Assembly: GCF_006345805.1 (NCBI RefSeq)
Contig: NC_043000.1
Coordinates: 134,168,001 to 134,232,000, forward strand
Reading direction: 5' to 3'
Source of the DNA: Octopus sinensis
Taxonomy: Eukaryota
Length of the DNA stretch: 64,000 nucleotides
The notes under the pieces were generated by a model. The model saw nothing but the letters and a program-made list of their open reading frames with translations. It did no database searches and was not told the DNA's origin. This document shows, in pieces, positions 27,561 to 40,438 of this stretch. The translations under genes and the position numbers were made by a program. Each line of letters begins with the position of its first letter. Position 1 is the first letter of the stretch.

Positions 27561-27738
27561 TGTTAGTCAATACCATTGACTCCAGTACTTGACTAGTACT
27601 TGATTGATTCCAGAGAATGAAAGTCAAAGTTCACCATAGCAAGATTTGAGTTAAGACTATCAAGAGCTAAGAAAAATACTGCAAAGCACTTTTACTCATG
27701 CTTTAACAATTCTGCCAGCTAATAATAATAATAATAAT

Positions 27739-28305
27739 GATGCAGTAAAATGCCCTGATGCAGTATCAGGCAGTGGCTCTCATGGCTTCTGATCTTAACT
27801 GATTGGAAGTGTTATCATGTACATTGTTTTGTCTTGGTATAAAAGATGGGCTACAGCAAATATTCTGCTCAATACCACAGATTTGCTTGTCAGTTGTTTA
27901 ACCATAACCAGTTGAGCATGTCCCTTAGTGGCTGATGATATGTGCATCTCTGATCACGAGCAGAAGTAGTGGGGGAGCATCATAGACATGTGTTGAGAGG
28001 GATTCTTTGGGGTTTGAATAATTCACCTCTGGAAACATGGGTGGTTCTTTCAACATCCTTACACAACCCTTATTCAGGGACCTTTTGAGCGGGATGGGCT
28101 ACTCAACCTGAAGAAATTTCTAGCTGGGCCCCACCTGCAAAGTCATGTGCTGTTTATCTTGATATGAGATCACCATGTCGCGCACATATGGTTGTGATGC
28201 ATGTGCCTGGTGTACCCTTATCAGACGGGTAGTCATGATGGGTATATTGGGCTTCGTATATTTTACCCCTGTGTCACTTTGATGGCATGCACTGCCCTCT
28301 CACTC
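27739..28305. mobile_element. ~560-bp non-coding interspersed element, copy 1, bounded by (TAA)n
   Basis: Co-linear with 28382-28938 along its whole length, TAA repeats on both sides, no ORF. Confidence 0.8.
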
Positions 28306-28331
28306 AATAATAATAATAATAAATAATAATA

Positions 28332-28381
<50 letters not shown>

Positions 28382-28383
<2 letters not shown>

Positions 28384-28938
28384 CAGTACCAGGCAGTGGA
28401 TCTCATAGCTTTTGAGCTTAACTGATTGGAGGTTTTATTATGTACATTGTTTTGTCTTGGTATAAAAGACGGGCTACAGCAAATATTCTGCCTCAATACC
28501 ACAGATTTGCTTGTCAGTTGTTTGACCGTAACCAGTTGAGCATATCCCTGAGTGGCTGATGATATGTGCATCTCTAATCACGAGCAGAAGTAGTATGGGG
28601 GGGGGGGGGCATTATAGCCATATGTTGAGGGGAATTCTTTGGAGTTTGAATAATTCACTTCTGGAAACATGGGTAGTTCGTTCAACATCCTTAAACAAAC
28701 TTTATTCAGGAACCTTTTGAGTAGGATGGGCTACTTGACCTGATGAAAATTCTAACTGGGGCCCACCTGCAAAGTCATGCACTGTTTATCTTGATATGAG
28801 ATCACCATGTTGCTTACATACGGTTGTGATGCATGTGCCTGGTGTGCTCTTATCAGTCAGGTAGTCATGATGGGTATACTGGGCTTTGTATATTTTTACC
28901 CCAGTGTCACTTTGATGACATGCACTGCTCTCTCACTC
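28382..28938. mobile_element. ~560-bp non-coding interspersed element, copy 2, bounded by (TAA)n
   Basis: Direct, diverged repeat of 27739-28305. The ~75-bp (TAA)n tract at 28306-28381 separates the two copies. Confidence 0.8.
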
Positions 28939-29209
28939 AATAATAATTGCACTACACTCTTGAGGTAGTTGGCATTAGGAAAGGCATCCAGTCATAGAAA
29001 CCATACTGAATCAGATTGGAACCTGATGCAGCTTACCAGTTTTCAGTCAAACCATCCAACCCATGCCAGCATGGAAAATAGATGTTAAATGATGATTTTC
29101 TACAATAGGCAAAGGCCTGAAATTTGGGGGAGGGGGTAAATCGATTACATCAACCCAATATTCAACTGGTACTTATTTTCTCGACTGCAAAAAGATGAAA
29201 GGCAAGCCA

Positions 29210-29733
29210 GAAGTATAGATACAAGACAACAGGTGCTTGGTACCAACATACACTGGAAGAGATAGGCAAAGATCCTCTGGAACTTTAATTTCCAGACAGA
29301 TGTGTCAGAGCACCAAAAGCTGGATATAGCAACCTCTAGGGTGGACAAACAAGAGTGCCTAATAATTGATGTGGCAGTGCCAGGAAATCAACAAATCATA
29401 AAAGGAAAAAGGTTGATAAATATGGAGAACTGAGATCACCAAGATGTGGCAGCTACGAGAGGTTAACATAAAGGTTATCCCTATTGTCATCGGAGCATTG
29501 GGTTCAATACCACCAAACCTGAAGAAACATCTGGAAGCTTTAGAAATACCCTACAATCTTGGTATATAGCAAAAATCAGCTTCACTTGGAATTGCATGCA
29601 TATTGCGTAAAGTAGTCTGTCAGAGGTCCGTGTTGTAACTTGACAGACAGTGCAAACCCCCAGCAGACATAATATCTTCAATCTATAATATCATGATTAT
29701 TGGATACTGTGCAATGCCTTCAATAATAATAAT
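29210..29733 (+). mobile_element. 3' fragment of an R4/Dong-type non-LTR retrotransposon (restriction-like endonuclease domain) with (TAA)n tail
   Basis: Frameshifted translation KILWNFNFQTD...LIIDVAVPGN...DKYGEL...KVIPIVIGALGSIP...LGIACILRKV matches the RLE PD..D signature of R4-clade C-termini. Confidence 0.8.
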
Positions 29734-30400
29734 CCTTTCTACTAAAGGCACAAGGCCTGAAGTTTTGGGAGAGGGAGGAGTCAATTATATCGACCCCAGC
29801 ATTTCACTGGTACTTAATTTATTGACCCCGAAAGAATGAAAGGCAAATTCGACCTCAGAGGAATTTGAACTCTGACTGTAAAGGCAGACAAAATGGCGAT
29901 AAGCATTTTGCCCAGTGTGCTAACAATTCTGCCAGCTCATCACCTTGCTAATAATAATAATATTAATATTAATCTTTTTTACTGTTGGCACAAGGCCTGA
30001 AATTTTGTTGGGAGGGGCTAATCAATTCCATCAACCCCAGTGCTCAACTGGTATTTATTTTATCAACACTGAAAGGATGAAAGGCAATGCTGATCCAAGT
30101 GGATTTGAACTCAAGAATGCAAAGAACCAGAAGAACTGCTGCTAAGCAATTTGTTCAAAGTGTTAATGATTCTGCCAGCTTACTGCTGTGATAATAGCAA
30201 TTCTTTCTAATTTAGGCACTAGGCCCGTAATTTTGAGGGGAAGGGGAAGCTGATTACATCAACTTGATGGCTCTTTATTTTATTAACCCTGAAAGGATGA
30301 AAGGGTTAATAAAAGCAGAATTTGAACTCGGAACTTAAAGAGCCAGAAAAATGCTGCTAAGCATTTTGCTCCATGTGCAAATGATTCTGCCAGCTCACCA
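29734..30400 (-). mobile_element. Three head-to-tail SINE family A copies separated by TAA-rich spacers
   Basis: Repeated blocks ...ggcacaaggcctga...gaaaggatgaaaggc...tttgaactc...ttctgccagctc at ~29734, ~29975 and ~30205. Confidence 0.8.
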
Positions 30401-30420
30401 TAATAATAATAATAATAATA

Positions 30421-30783
30421 ATGGATTATAGATATATCATGCCCAGCTGACAAGGTATGCGATAAGGAAGAAAGAAAAGTCAATAGATATGACAGGTTAG
30501 CTTGGGAGGTTAAGCAGTTGTGGTCGATAAAAAAGGTGGTAGTAGTACCAATAATTGTCAGAACCCTGGGAACTGAGTAAAAATCTTGAGAACTATATGG
30601 AACAAATAGGGGCTGCAATAAGGGCGGAGCACTTGCAGAAAACAGCACTGCTTGGAACCGCTTTAATACTCTGGATGGTGCTCGAAAAATAAGGGGTGTT
30701 ACCTTAGTTCACTGGTAGTGAACAGCTGGCACTGTAGTACATCTCCAGCAATAGAAGCTGCGCAAACACAATAAATAATAATG
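30421..30783 (+). mobile_element. Second R4/Dong-type RLE 3' fragment (different subfamily), flanked by TAA repeats
   Basis: WIIDISCPADKVCDKEERKVNRYDRLAWEVKQLWSIKKVVVVPIIVRTLG / NLENYMEQIG...HLQKTALLGTALIL. (TAA)n at 30401-30421 and TAA-rich 3' end. Confidence 0.8.
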
Positions 30784-31438
30784 TCTATGGTAGAGCAGCA
30801 GCACCCATAACCGCTATGAAACATAGGTTGTATCAAATACTCAAATGCATTAAGCATTACCTATTTAGCTATCACAACTACTAACAAGATACATTCGAAT
30901 TACAACTGTTCAATCACACATTAATAGTGCTTTGGTATTTTATCACAAAATAAAATCATTATTAACCTAATAGGATTATTACTGATATATTTTGAGATTC
31001 TCATATCACAGCATGAGTCGGTTTAATTCTGTAATACTCTAAACAAGTGTAACTGAATACTTGGTAATGCTGTTGTAACTAGTACAATTACAACCCAAGA
31101 AAACTGAATCCCTTGCTCTTTACATTAGGCAATGTCATATAATACAATGGCGCCAAATCTTTCTCTTTCTCTCTCTTTCTTTCCTTCTCAATATCATACC
31201 AGCTAGATTCATGAAAAGCACGGTAATATATTCCACATTCACTTCACAACAAAGAATAGTACAGTGATATAATGAAATCTAAAACAAAATGTGAATTCAT
31301 AACCAATTACTCAATATCCATTTGACCAGCTCTAACTAATACGACTACCACCACCACCATCATCATTATATTGTATCCTTAAAGCAAAGAATTATTCACT
31401 TAGCTTACAAGACTAGTTTATTATCATTATTATTTAAA

Positions 31439-31605
31439 GGTGGCAAGCTGTCAGAATCATTAGCATGCCAGGCAAAATAATTAGCAGCATTTCATCTGTC
31501 TTTACATTCTGAGTTCAAATTCTGCCAAGGTCAACTTTGCCTTGTCAATGTAATTGACTTATCCCTCCTCAAAATTACTGACCTTGTGTCAAATTTTGAA
31601 ATTAT
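31439..31605 (+). mobile_element. SINE family A, degraded, internally deleted
   Basis: GGTGGCAAGCTG...GAGTTCAAATTCTGCC, ends in an ATT-repeat tail. Confidence 0.75.
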
Positions 31606-34175
31606 TATTACTGTTGCTATTACTATTTAAATCTCCTGTTTCAAGCTCTCAGAATACAGTTTTGATATTTTCAAATACAGGGAAGGAAAAATTTACATGA
31701 AAATATCTAAATAAGGACATGTTCCCAAAAGGAATTTATTTTATGATGTAAATTCTACGAAATACTTCTACAGAATATCAGTATTAATATATTATACATC
31801 ATTGAAGCCTCCTCTCAGAGAGATTGAATTCGGTTTTGATGCAATATATATGATAGTAATCAAGCAACTTAGGATACCATTTTACAGTCTGAATATGTTA
31901 ACACTCATTGATTTTAGATTAATGAGTGTTAAATTCATAACAAATGAATAGATAACGAGCAAATATACAATTTAAAAAAATACATTTATTACACAATTTG
32001 ACAGGCATTCATATGTTAGATATTAATGGATTTTGCTAAAATGTGCAATGTTTTTACGATGGTTCTTTCAGCAGATTTACTGCTTCTTGATGATTCATCA
32101 TCTAATCTGGTATTTGTTGCATCTAGAATGCAATACCTTCCCAGCCACCATACCCTTCAGAAATATTTGTATACACACACAAGCATATATGTGTATGAGT
32201 AAGAGAGAAAAGGGGAGAAAGAAAGCGGGAGGGGTATAAACATATGAGCCATATTTATCAACAGTACATAAAATTGGCTGAAAAGAATGCTCAGTTTAAT
32301 TTATATTTGTTTGAGTGGATAGAAACTGTAGGAAGTACTTTGATAAATATCTTACATGCCAGAATACACAAACCACATTTATTATAATATATCTATAAAG
32401 CAACCTGTCTGTTAAACATCTGCTCATTTCTATTTTGCCACTTTATAGATTGAACTGATAAAGTAATCAACTGAAAGAGTCAATAATAAAAGTTATTTTT
32501 GAAAATAAACTATATTGAAATTTCTTTTATTCCCAATCCAAGATGGATTGGAAGGAAAGAGAAGGGAAAATGAAACAATATCAAATTCAAAAATTTTAAT
32601 TGGGGGAAAAAATGATTTTTAAAAAATGATAAAAAGAAATGAAAAGAGAGCTGGTTTTTATGCATGTGGAGAAATGATTTTAATACGGATGAGTAAATTT
32701 ACATAAGATCATTTAGTCAGGTCTTGTAATTAAAAATTTCAAGTAGTCAGACAGCCTGGTATATGATATTTGTCCTAGATATGTCAATGACTTCTACATA
32801 ACATCATCACCATTATATATATTTTTTTTATTTAGTTACATTTTAATTTACAAGTGTCATCAAATAATAATTAAGGTTTTAAACATGAGGTTTACATAGC
32901 AGCACCTTCAAGACATTATGTGTTTCAAAAATAGGGCTGGGAAGATTAGATTTATTCATAAGAGCAAACAATAACTTTAATATGAGCTGTTTTATTTATT
33001 TTTCCCTCCTTTTTAAAACCATGAAGTGTCAAGTCAAATAAATAGGTTTAAGGAAGGAAGTTTATACAGTCAGTATGTTTTATAATTGCAATAAGATTAA
33101 CAGATAAGAAAACACAGACTTACAGAGTGGAAGAGGAATAAATTCAAAAGAAAGGTAACTGTAAAGTATACTAGCCATCTCAATATGGCTAACCACTAAG
33201 GGTGGGTGTTACTGTAGCTTTTAGCCCCAGGAGATCATCGTCTCCAGCTGGCTTTAGACACACTTTCTGTACCCTTATGATATTTGCAAAGGGAGGTCAC
33301 CCTCTCTTCTTCCAGTTTTACCCAACATAACAGAATGCAGAGTTATTGAAGTATATCCCATACTTGTAATCTCTTTGGTTTGATACTCAACACAAGCTAC
33401 CACAAAGCCCTTAAATGAGTCTTAATTTCACAGCTAAACCAAATACATATGGCTGTACATTTAGTTATCTTACTTTTTGTTTCAGTTACTGAACTGCAAC
33501 CAAGTTAAAGCACCACCTTGAAGGGTTTTAGTCAAACAAACCAACCACAGTAGTTTATTTTGCTTTTGTTTAAGTCTAGCACTTCTATCAGACCTTTTGC
33601 TGAACTGCTAGATTAAGGGGACATAAACAAACCAATATCAGTTGTCAGGCAGTGGGGGTGGGGAGACACATACACAAAAAAAAAAAGCCTCCATAGTTTC
33701 TGTTTATGAAATTCACCCACAAAGGCATTGGTTATCCTGGGGCTATAGTACAAGACACTTGCTCAAGGAATCGCACAGTGGGACAGAACCCAAAATCACA
33801 CGGTTGTGAAACAAGCTGTTTAACCACATAGCCATTTATGCATATATTTATTTAACAGAATGATTAGTTTTATTCTAATTAGCATAAAACCTGGCAGTAA
33901 TATGTATAGCATGTTTGTCTATCAATTGAAAAATGATGTTTAGTCGCTGGCTTTGCACTTCTTTCTGAATGAGGTTAATCAATTTTATATTATTTCTCCA
34001 ACAGCAAAAACACAGTGGTGAATTTGAATGCAAACTAAGAAGATGTGAATAACAGACTTCAGTGTGAAAATTAAATGATCTTCTTACCTAAGAACAAAAT
34101 GACCAAACAATCAAAAGTGTTGTAAAAACCAAAAAAATTTTTAAAACTTGTAAAACAATGAGTACATCCCTTTAA

Positions 34176-34403
34176 CCCTTTCGTTACTGTATTTATTTTG
34201 AGATGCTCTGTGTTGCTTCCAATTATTTTAAATATAAGAAAGAATTTAGTATGATGATGATGAACATCGTTATCATTGAGCTAGTGTTAGGAACATAAAT
34301 TGTGACTAAGATTTGGTGGAAATTTTGAATTCAAAACTTATGAAAACAAGACATTTATACTAAAGAGCCAGAGCCGGTTTCAGCCGGGTTGGTAACGAAA
34401 GGG
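34176..34403. mobile_element. piggyBac-type MITE (228 bp)
   Basis: TTAA|CCCTTTCGTTAC ... GTAACGAAAGGG|TTAA. TTAA TSD and CCC..GGG termini are piggyBac hallmarks. Confidence 0.85.
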
Positions 34404-36644
34404 TTAATAGTGAATAAGGGAAGGGGGTACGCCTTAAGATGATACTGAAATATAAGAAAACACTTGAAAAGCTGCTGTTTGAAATAGAATATGGTAGCCT
34501 CAATGCATGATAAGGAAGAAACAGTAGTAATCAGCTTCTAAATTAACATTAATTCATTCCAGTTTATTCTACATGAAATACAATTATGACAGAACAATTA
34601 GATGTCTGTTCAGGTCAAGGCAATAGGTCTACATTCAACATTGTTGTTAAGCAAATAAAAGTTCAAGAGGTAGAATTGAGAAAATATTATGTAATGAATA
34701 GAATAGCAGGTTTTAGCACAGATTTTCTTCTTTATAAGAGACACATAAGAGAACAAGTAAAAGACAGATGAATTATGCCTGCTGTTTGGGCAACAAGAGC
34801 AATAGATTTACTATCTAACAGCTGCTGAAATGATTCAGTATACCTTTGGCACATGGAGGTGGATGAGTAAAAGAGAAGAGTGAGAAACAAAAAAGCTGAC
34901 AGAAGGAGGAGGAGGAAGAAAGGGAGGTGAATAAAGAGAGGGAGGACATGCACACATTAACCAATGGATGACTCAGACCTTCCAGGAATGGAAGGGAGTA
35001 GGGATGTGAGGAAAATGAAGATTTCTCGATCCTCCAGTACATCAATCGTTTTATAACTCCAAAAAAGGCAAAAATATGGCTCATCAAATAAGGGAAAGGG
35101 TAGTGAAACAAATAATCTACAAAATAGAATTATTACATACAGATGAACCATTTATCGATAGCATTAATTACTATAAATTTAATATTTTAAAAACCAGCTA
35201 ATTTAGAAATCTTTTTCTCCATTCTAAATCAAAATGTTATAAACACACAGTGCCTAATCCTAGAAAAATGATACTGAAACAAGCTACATTCTTGAAATTA
35301 AATTTCATACCATTCTTTGAATTCATCTAAAGTAGGCTAATCAAAAAAATGTTATATATAACTTGCCTGCTGAATGAAGGAAGAATTGAAAATTAATTAG
35401 CTTTAATAACAGAAAACATTAAATTGTACTTAATTATATAAGACTGTCATAAATTCTTGTCCTCTGCTAGCAAATTCTCCTTCAGTAATGTAAACATTTA
35501 ACTTACATTTTTACCAAAAAAAAAAGAGAAAAACTCTTAAATGACAGAAAGCTTGTAAATTTAAAATTATTGCTCAAATATCAAAATGAGAAATAAAGTA
35601 TTACTACAAGTATTAATTACAAAACTGGTGTCAAATTTTTTACCAGCAGACTGGAGAAAGACTTAGTTTTAAAAAGAAAAAAAATTAAGAATGCTTACCC
35701 TAAATACACTTAGAATTCTTATATGAACATTAATGAAAGTATAAGAGATTACCTGATTAATTACCATATGGAAATTTAGACAATTATTACCAAGCAGTAT
35801 TATACAAAAAAAATGACTGCAAATAACTGGCTTACTGGTCAACTGACTTGTGTGTCTATGAAAACATTTGCCATGTAAATCTATTTAAAGATTGTTTCAA
35901 GTGTTTCCATGTGGATTTAAGTTGATTTTATCAGAGGATAGTCAATATACTGAAAAGGAATGTAAGTGATAAAATCTACAGAAATATTCATATATTGACC
36001 ATTGTAGCATAATTAGTTAAGAAACGCTAATACACAGAGCAAAAGGTATGTAACCCAAGGTTTTATTCCTACAAAGTTTTGACATCTAAAAAATGTATAA
36101 TCATAATCCGAGTTATTAATCAGAAAGGTTGAACTTCTTCAAAGTCATTACATCCTTCCGTCTTCAAAATAGTTTCATAAATGCCAAATCCATGACATAC
36201 TGCAGGTATATCTAAAATGGTACACTCACACCAGTGATCAGAATATTAGATCATATCTCAGAAAAAGTCATCTACCTCATAAACAAGTCCATTTCCCTTA
36301 ACTGTTTCTAATGACAAACCTATGAACCTATTGTATATTTATTCCTTATGTCAGTACAACAAAACTTACTACTGTTCCACTAAACTTGTTCTATACAGCT
36401 TCTAATTAACTTTTAAACTATTACACTTGATACTTTTCTTACCATCAATCATTCATTTATCATTCCCTACAATAGATATTCACGACCAATATACTTTATC
36501 TCATTCTCAACAATAATCTATTTGTACAACAATAATCTATTTTACTTAAAAAAAGAAAAAAAACTGCATCCCTCTAAAACTACCTCATTGCTGAATTAAA
36601 CCAACTTCCAGATAGCCTATCCCCTTATCATTAAAGTCTCTTAA

Positions 36645-36840
36645 CCCTTTTGTTACTGTATTTCTGTTGAGATGATCTGTGTTTCTTTCAGTTACTTTAA
36701 ATATAAGAAAGAATTTAGTAAAATAACTTAGTTATCATTAAGCTAGTGTGTTAGGAACATAAATTGTGACTAAGGTTTGGTGGAAGATTTTAATTCACAA
36801 CTTATGAAAAAAAGACATTTGTATTCAGAACCAGAAAGGG
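36645..36840. mobile_element. piggyBac-type MITE, same family as 34176-34403, right end partly deleted
   Basis: TTAA|CCCTTTTGTTAC, same internal sequence, ends GAAAGGG. Confidence 0.75.
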
Positions 36841-36856
36841 TTGGCACATCTATTCA

Positions 36857-37055
36857 TTAACACCTTTTGTTACCACTGAGATCACCACTGGTTCCATGAT
36901 GCCAACTTCCTGTTTTTAAATGATCTAAAAGCCTTGCATCAAAATTTCATCTTCATTTATGTTCCAAACACCAGTTTAATGATGACAAAGTTATTTTACT
37001 AAATTCTTCATTATTTTCAACAGTTTCCACAGAAATATGATAACAAAAGAGTTTA
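36857..37055. mobile_element. Related piggyBac-type MITE subfamily in opposite orientation
   Basis: TTAACACCTTTTGTTACC ... GATAACAAAAGAGTTTAA. The internal block is the reverse complement of the neighbouring MITE's AAGAATTTAGTAAAATAACTT region. Confidence 0.65.
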
Positions 37056-37609
37056 AAGATATTTCTTAAAAATTCAAATTTCAAAAGAAATATTTTTAAA
37101 ATGGGCCCCACAGACATGACAGAAGTATTTATCATAAACAGCTGTTGTAAATATCACTGCTTAACTCAACAAAAAAAAAAAAAAAACTCTTAAATTACAC
37201 ACAAAGATTCAATTTCTCTCCACTTGGTCAAAAAAAAAAAAAAAGAGCACTAAAGGTCTTCAGTAGTAGCACATGGAATATGACAAACACTGATTTAGAC
37301 TTCTCGCCTCAGTCATTACAATATTTAACTCCAGGTCATTTCCAATAAAGGTCCATGATCAACAGCATTCCAACTATAAAATTCCTGTATTTTTCCAAGC
37401 CAGTGTACTTAGCGTCGTGCTAACTGATGTCTTACTCTTCTCAGACAGCTGAATGTGATTTGAAGGAAATTCCTATTCTATTTCTCACATAGTCTCATCA
37501 GTATCTTGATTAATATAACGCTGTCAGTCGTCATCATTCAAAGTCTGCTTTCCATGCTGGCATGGGTTGGACAGTTCAACAAGAGCTGACAAGCTCAATG
37601 AATAACAAA

Positions 37610-37829
37610 CCCTTTCGTTACTGTATTTATTTTCAGATGCTCTCTGTTTCTTTCAATTACTTTAAATATAACAAAGAATTTAGTAAAATAACTTAGTTAT
37701 AATGAAGCTAATGTTAAGTACATAAATTATGACTAAGGTTTGGTGGAAGATATTAATACAAAAATTATGAAAACAAGACATTCGTACTCAGAGCCAGAGC
37801 CGGTTTCAGCTGGGTTGGTAACAAAAGGG
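37610..37829. mobile_element. piggyBac-type MITE, same family as 34176-34403
   Basis: CCCTTTCGTTAC ... GTAACAAAAGGG|TTAA. Left TSD not intact. Confidence 0.8.
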
Positions 37830-39115
37830 TTAAATGATAACCAACATAAATGACAAGAATGTTGAAGGCAACAGGTTAATATTTAATGACAAAATTCAAT
37901 AAAAGACTTTGAAGAACCTTCTAAAACATTGGTGTTTCCAAGTTGTAAAGAAGGTAACTATTCAATGATCAACTTAATCATCTGGAATCTATTAGTCAAG
38001 TTTGCACAAGACCATATCTCTCATGTGTATCTTGAATTATCTCATCTATAAGACTGAATTTCTTCACTTCTGATCCCAAGATTTATCCACTCTCTCTCTC
38101 TGCTCCTCTCTTTCATGAACTAACGGTGTTTTATACATTTAACATTCACCAAACACAAGCACACATACATTATATGGCCATACCAGACATTCATACCTCC
38201 TGAATGTACTGTGATTAATTTTCCAAATTTCACGTGCTAAATCAATCTTATAAGTTTTATGTTACAAAATCTCCCTTCATTTTTGTCATTCCAGGTGCAA
38301 GTCTCTTACTAGCTGATTGCCTTTAAAAGAAAAAGGAATTAATCAGACAGCAAATATTGTTTAACTTTTGATAGTGGATTTGGTAATCTGTTTATTAACA
38401 AAAACAGAATATCTTAACGTGTCTGTTTCCCCTTCATTAAAGAAATCATTATTTAAGAACACTAAGTCCATTAATGAAATAAGATAAATTATATGAATAT
38501 TTAGCTTTACTCAAACAAAAATGAGTGTTTACTGATAAGAAAACACTTATCCATTATTAAGTTTGAAATCAACAAGAAGATTCCTGATTTATAGACAATT
38601 TTAGAAAGTTATTCCAAAACTCCAGTTGCTTTCTATGGAATGTGTTTATTGAAAAGAAAATTAGCAATAATAAAATTTAATAGAAATTCTTTAGAAATTA
38701 GGCTCATTGGTAATCTTTATAATCCTTAGTCAACTGTTATATATGAAATATGTCAGTTTTATATGAAAGTTAGTAGACAGGGGAACATGCACTCAACCCT
38801 AACACAATTCAAGTTTGGTGCATTCATTCACACACATGAAAGCAGTCATGCACACAAAAAAAATTAAGGGAAAAACTAATAGAAATGTAAAGTAATAAAT
38901 AGGTAAAACTTTAATGGAACCCACTTCTACTACAGAATAACCCCCACCAAAGCAAAACAAAAAATAATAATTCTAACGACAATGGAGAAATAGCATGAAT
39001 GTACACAAGTTATTTCTCTTGTTTAGTTTAAAAGAAACATCATCACCATCAAAAATTTCATTTTGGATGCAAAGTGACTAATAGGAAGAAAGTCGAATGA
39101 TTTAACATATTTTAC

Positions 39116-39252
39116 CATCCCCCACACTTATCTAGATTGCTTTTTGTTATTGTAGATCCACAGAAGGAACCAATAATCTAAAGTCTCTAGCCCATAACTG
39201 GTCCATTTCGAAGTTGACGTTTAACTTTCATTTTCAGTTTCATTATTCATAA
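39116..39252 (-). other. Candidate 5' UTR exon
   Basis: Acceptor TATTTTCATTCCAG and donor GATG|GTAAAA. Stops in all frames, several short uATGs. Confidence 0.25.
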
Positions 39253-39417
39253 CTGGAATGAAAATATACATGTTAAAACTGGTACCTTAAAGTCTGGTGT
39301 TTGACTCCAAAAAGTGGGGGAGGGGCATAAATAAGAATAATATTTCATAAACCTTATCACTATATTATTTTCATTTCCAGACAAAATAATCTACAAAGGG
39401 AGGGAGATTTACACGTT

Positions 39418-39457
<40 letters not shown>

Positions 39458-39995
39458 TACATGTGTTTCTTTAAATATATATAGATATAGGTTTTGTTTT
39501 ATTTGGGGTTTTCTTTTCTTCTTTTTTTTAACTAATACCTATGTTAGTGAAAGATTAGTTCATTAAATCTAGAATGAGGTAATGGTGTTGTTCAAGTATT
39601 TGTCAACTAAGAACTGTACTGTAACATTTTAGAACTACATCACCACCTAGACAAAAAGACTGCACTGGAAAGTGATAGCGAAACAATAGCATAATTAAAA
39701 TTGGCACAAACAAAGCTTTGTAATACAAAACAAAAATATATTAAAAAATTAAATATGTTTAAAAAATATGACTTCCGTATAGAAGACACTAATACTGATG
39801 ATAACTACGATTGTGTACATTCAAATGACAGAAAGGAATTAAAAATAGAATATTAAAAAAAAAAATTTAATAAATAAAAAAAAAGGCTCCGAAACGGAAC
39901 TGACAGAACTGGTATAGAGTCCTAAGTTCGCCAATATTAGTCAAGGCTGATAGCTTTCACACATCAGCGCATCGGATAGCCAAACGCTAACTCGA

Positions 39996-40003
39996 TGACG
40001 TCA
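39996..40003. promoter_or_regulatory. Perfect CRE palindrome TGACGTCA (CREB/ATF site)
   Basis: Exact match inside the CpG-rich region. Function is inferred. Confidence 0.5.
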
Positions 40004-40190
40004 GCTTTTGTCATAAAAGAAAAATAATCAAGCAGGGTATAAGATGAGGTGGGAGTTTATATAGTGGAGTAAAAACACAAAGCAAGTTTAGTCAAACAAT
40101 ATTTCTACTTCCATAATTAGAGAGAGAGAGAGGGAGAACGAGGTTAGTAATTCTCGTGCTCTATTTCCCTTTGATATGGCATCAGCTTAC

Positions 40191-40290
40191 TTCGAACTGC
40201 TTCCCCTCTCCCAGAACAATGAAGAACATTAAACTAAACTACACACATTTTTAATTGTTCTGGGATATATATATATATTTTTTTTTTTTT
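40191..40290 (-). other. Candidate non-coding first exon of the minus-strand gene (5' end unknown)
   Basis: Donor TCGAA|GTAAGC (GT at 40190-40189) within the CpG-rich region. TSS position is a guess. Confidence 0.35.
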
Positions 40291-40345
40291 ATAACGAGGA
40301 GGACATCGGTCACGATAACGGGACCGTGATGATGGCCCGTAACCG
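40290..40345 (+). other. Candidate first exon of a divergent plus-strand transcript (5' end unknown)
   Basis: Donor CCG|GTAAGT (GT at 40346-40347) ending a GC-rich stretch. No downstream plus-strand coding exon found. Confidence 0.35.
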
Positions 40346-40438
40346 GTAAGTTTCTCTTAGTAGGTAATGTAAAATATTTTTTTACTCAAGAAAATTACAT
40401 AAAACTACCACCGCGACAGGAGACAAGTGTGATAGTTG

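Noticed and set aside
36130-36222. Short minus-strand frame IPAVCHGFGIYETILKTEGCNDFEEVQPF* after a TTTTAG
   Set aside because: Ends in a stop upstream of the supported exons, has no recognisable homology and no partner exon.
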